Below, piece by piece: positions 61,489 to 64,000 of a stretch of 64,000 nt of DNA. Below the pieces are notes generated by a model. It ran no database searches and was not told where the DNA came from. It worked only from the letters and a program-made list of their open reading frames with translations. The stretch is from Candidatus Woesearchaeota archaeon (GTDB lineage: Archaea > Nanobdellota > Nanobdellia > UBA10117 > GCA-020343615): contig CP070803.1 in NCBI GenBank assembly GCA_020343615.1, positions 143,686-207,685 on the forward strand, given 5' to 3'. A program made the position numbers and the translations under genes. Each line of letters opens with the position of its first letter. Position 1 is the first letter of the stretch.

Positions 61489-62757
61489 TTATTTAGGTAC
61501 AACTTTAATACATCTTCCTGCAGCTACTGTTCTACCCATGTCTCTGATAGCTAACTTTGACATTTGTGGTACTTTGTCAGCTTCTTCTATGATTAATGGT
61601 CTTGTTGGTTCAACAGTAATTATTGCTGCGTCTCCAGGTTTAAGGAAATCTGGGTTTTCTTGTACAGTTGCTCCAGTTCTTGGATCAATCTTCTTATCTA
61701 GCTTCTTTATTGTACAAGATACCTGTGCAGTATTTACATGGAATACTGGACAGTAACCTGCGGTAACAACAGTTGGGTGACTTAGCACAATTATTTGTGC
61801 TTGGAATTCCTTAACTGGTTTAGGTGGGTTGTCAGCAGGTCCTAGAACATCTCCTCTTCTAACGTCTTCTTTACCTATACCTCTTACATTAATTCCAACG
61901 TTATCTCCTGGTTCTGCTTGCTGCATTTGTTCATGATGCATTTCTATGGATTTAATTTCTCCAGGTTTTCCAGAAGGCATTACTACAACTTTTTGGTTTA
62001 CTTTCATTATACCAGTTTCGATTCTACCTACTGGAACTGCGCCTATACCTTTAATTGTGTAAACATCTTGAATTGGCATTCTTAATGGTAAGTTTGTTGG
62101 TTTTTCTCCAGGCTTGAAGTCATCTAGTGCTTCAAGTAGGATTGGACCCGTATACCAACTCATGTTCTCTGATTTCTTAGCTACATTGTCTCCTTTTAAT
62201 GCAGCTGTAGGTATAAATTTAACTTCGTCTGCTTTATATCCAACGCTACCTAGTAATTTGACCATATCATCTTTTACTGCATTGAATTTTCCTTGATCAT
62301 ATTTTACTATATCCATTTTTGTGATAGCAATCATTATCTGAGGAATTCCCAGAGTCTTTGCTAGGAATAAGTGCTCCCTAGTCTGCTCCATAACTCCATC
62401 ATTAGCAGCTACACAAAGAACTGCAGCGTCTGCTTGTGATGTTCCTGTAATCATGTTTTTAATGAAATCTTTGTGTCCTGGTGCATCAATGATTGTAAAG
62501 TAATTTTTTTGAGTTTCAAATCTCTTATAGGCTAGGTTAATTGTAACTCCTCTTTCTCTTTCTTCTTTTACTTTATCCATTACGAAAGCGAATTCAAAGC
62601 CTGCTTTACCTAACTCTTGTGCTTCTTTTTTGTGCTTCTCTAACTCTGTTGCTTCAATTGACCCTGTGTCGAATAGTAATCTACCTACTGTTGTACTCTT
62701 TCCATGGTCTACATGACCTATGAATACTAAATTTATGTGTGGTTTTTTGTCAGCCAT
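61489..62757 (-). CDS. tuf: Elongation factor 1-alpha
   Basis: [26 protein letters not shown]. Confidence 0.98.
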   Translation of the reverse strand: MADKKPHINLVFIGHVDHGKSTTVGRLLFDTGSIEATELEKHKKEAQELGKAGFEFAFVMDKVKEERERGVTINLAYKRFETQKNYFTIIDAPGHKDFIKNMITGTSQADAAVLCVAANDGVMEQTREHLFLAKTLGIPQIMIAITKMDIVKYDQGKFNAVKDDMVKLLGSVGYKADEVKFIPTAALKGDNVAKKSENMSWYTGPILLEALDDFKPGEKPTNLPLRMPIQDVYTIKGIGAVPVGRIETGIMKVNQKVVVMPSGKPGEIKSIEMHHEQMQQAEPGDNVGINVRGIGKEDVRRGDVLGPADNPPKPVKEFQAQIIVLSHPTVVTAGYCPVFHVNTAQVSCTIKKLDKKIDPRTGATVQENPDFLKPGDAAIITVEPTRPLIIEEADKVPQMSKLAIRDMGRTVAAGRCIKVVPK

Positions 62758-62829
62758 TTTTATTTACCTCTATTACTTGAATAGGATATTTCCTAAGTAA
62801 AAGTTATATTTAAAAAGCTTTTCTTTTTT

Positions 62830-64000
62830 TTATTCTTCTGCTGTGTCTCCCTTCAATCCTTTTCTTTCTCTGATTTTATTAACAACTTCTATTTGCAATG
62901 AAGCTGGTAATGGTTCAAATTTCTGATCAATTAAGGAGTGGGAACCTCTACCTTCTGTAGCTGACCTTAGTGTGTTTGTAAATCCTAGCATTTCAGCTAC
63001 AGGTAGCTTTGCCTTTATTAACATGTTTTCTCCTTCTTGTTCAGTATCTATTAATTGTCCTCTTTTACTTGAGATTATCTTTGTTAAATCCCCGAAATAT
63101 TCGTTAGGTGCGTCTATTCTAATTATTTGTTTTGGTTCGTATAGTTCTTCTCCACCTTGTTCAATTGCTCCTTTCATAGACATCCTCATTGCTGGAATAA
63201 TCTGTGCTGGGCCTCTATGTATTGAATCTTCATGTAATTTACAGTCCATTAACTTAACTTTTAACTTCATACATGGTTCTCTTGCAATAGGTCCTGCTTT
63301 TACTATCTCTTCAAAAGCATCTATTACAAGTTCTATAATTTCACCAATATGCACAATTCCTCTAGTAGCATCAACTAAAACACAACCTCCTTTAATGTCT
63401 TTAACTTTTCTTGCTTCTTCTTTATCCATTCCTGCATTTACAAGAGCTTCTTCTATTTCTGGTTTTCTTTTCTTTATCTTTACTTCAGGTATCTCTCCTT
63501 CCTTTATCGCATCGTAAACGCTTTGTTCTAATGGTTCAATTTCTACGTAAAGTTTGTTGTGTTTATTTGGTGACTTTCCTTCAACAGGTCCTCCGTGTTT
63601 CTTTATGGATTCTCTATAAACAACAATAGGATTTGAAGACACTATCTCTATTCCTTTGTCTTTAATTATTCTGTATTTCCAGATTTCTAAGTGAAGTTCT
63701 CCTAATCCTGAAATCAGGTTCTCTCCAGTCTGTTCATTGATATCTACAGAAATGGTAGGATCTTCTTTCACAATGTTCTTTAGAACTTCTATTAATTTTG
63801 GTAATTCTTTAGGATTCTTAGCTTCAATAGCCTCAGTAACTACTGGTTCAAATAGGTGCTTTATTTGTTCAAATGATGTAATTTCTTCTTTAGACATTGT
63901 TTCTCCAGAAATAGCATCCTTTAAACCTACAACTCCTATTATATTTCCTGCTGGGACTACTGGAACTATAACTCTTTTAGGGCCTCTGTATATTGAAACT
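62830..64000 (-). CDS. fusA: Elongation factor 2, C-terminal part (5' partial)
   Basis: EDPT, GLGELHLE, SPNKHN, LHEDSIHRGPAQ, LRSATEGRG; frame continues off the window. Confidence 0.97.
   Translation of the reverse strand, partial: VSIYRGPKRVIVPVVPAGNIIGVVGLKDAISGETMSKEEITSFEQIKHLFEPVVTEAIEAKNPKELPKLIEVLKNIVKEDPTISVDINEQTGENLISGLGELHLEIWKYRIIKDKGIEIVSSNPIVVYRESIKKHGGPVEGKSPNKHNKLYVEIEPLEQSVYDAIKEGEIPEVKIKKRKPEIEEALVNAGMDKEEARKVKDIKGGCVLVDATRGIVHIGEIIELVIDAFEEIVKAGPIAREPCMKLKVKLMDCKLHEDSIHRGPAQIIPAMRMSMKGAIEQGGEELYEPKQIIRIDAPNEYFGDLTKIISSKRGQLIDTEQEGENMLIKAKLPVAEMLGFTNTLRSATEGRGSHSLIDQKFEPLPASLQIEVVNKIRERKGLKGDTAEE

Overview
AT-rich, gene-dense archaeal chromosome segment, most likely from a DPANN (Nanoarchaeota-like) archaeon (inference from gene content). 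It carries housekeeping genes (LonB end, SerRS, ArgRS, ProRS, MetRS, topoisomerase IA, topoisomerase VI A/B, RadB, Cdc48, Mre11/Rad50, aIF-1A, Nmd3, MBF1, eL41, uS10, EF-1alpha, EF-2 end), a pyrimidine locus with duplicated pyrF and pyrE, pyrBI, SAH/MTA salvage genes, three large surface proteins and eleven tRNA genes. Five tRNAs carry bulge-helix-bulge (BHB) introns, nine introns in total. The main finding is tRNA-Thr(UGU) at 51914-52660, split by a 649-nt BHB-type intron at position 30/31 that encodes a two-motif LAGLIDADG endonuclease. The linear intron contains no stop codon for this ORF; circularising the excised intron creates one, and the ORF then uses 648 of the 649 nt. Other notable items are a triple-intron tRNA-Ile(UAU) overlapped by a nuclease-like ORF, related D-loop introns in tRNA-Glu and tRNA-Val, a candidate structured ncRNA and a repeated SD-sequestering leader. 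All calls come from reading the sequence by eye; no searches were run.
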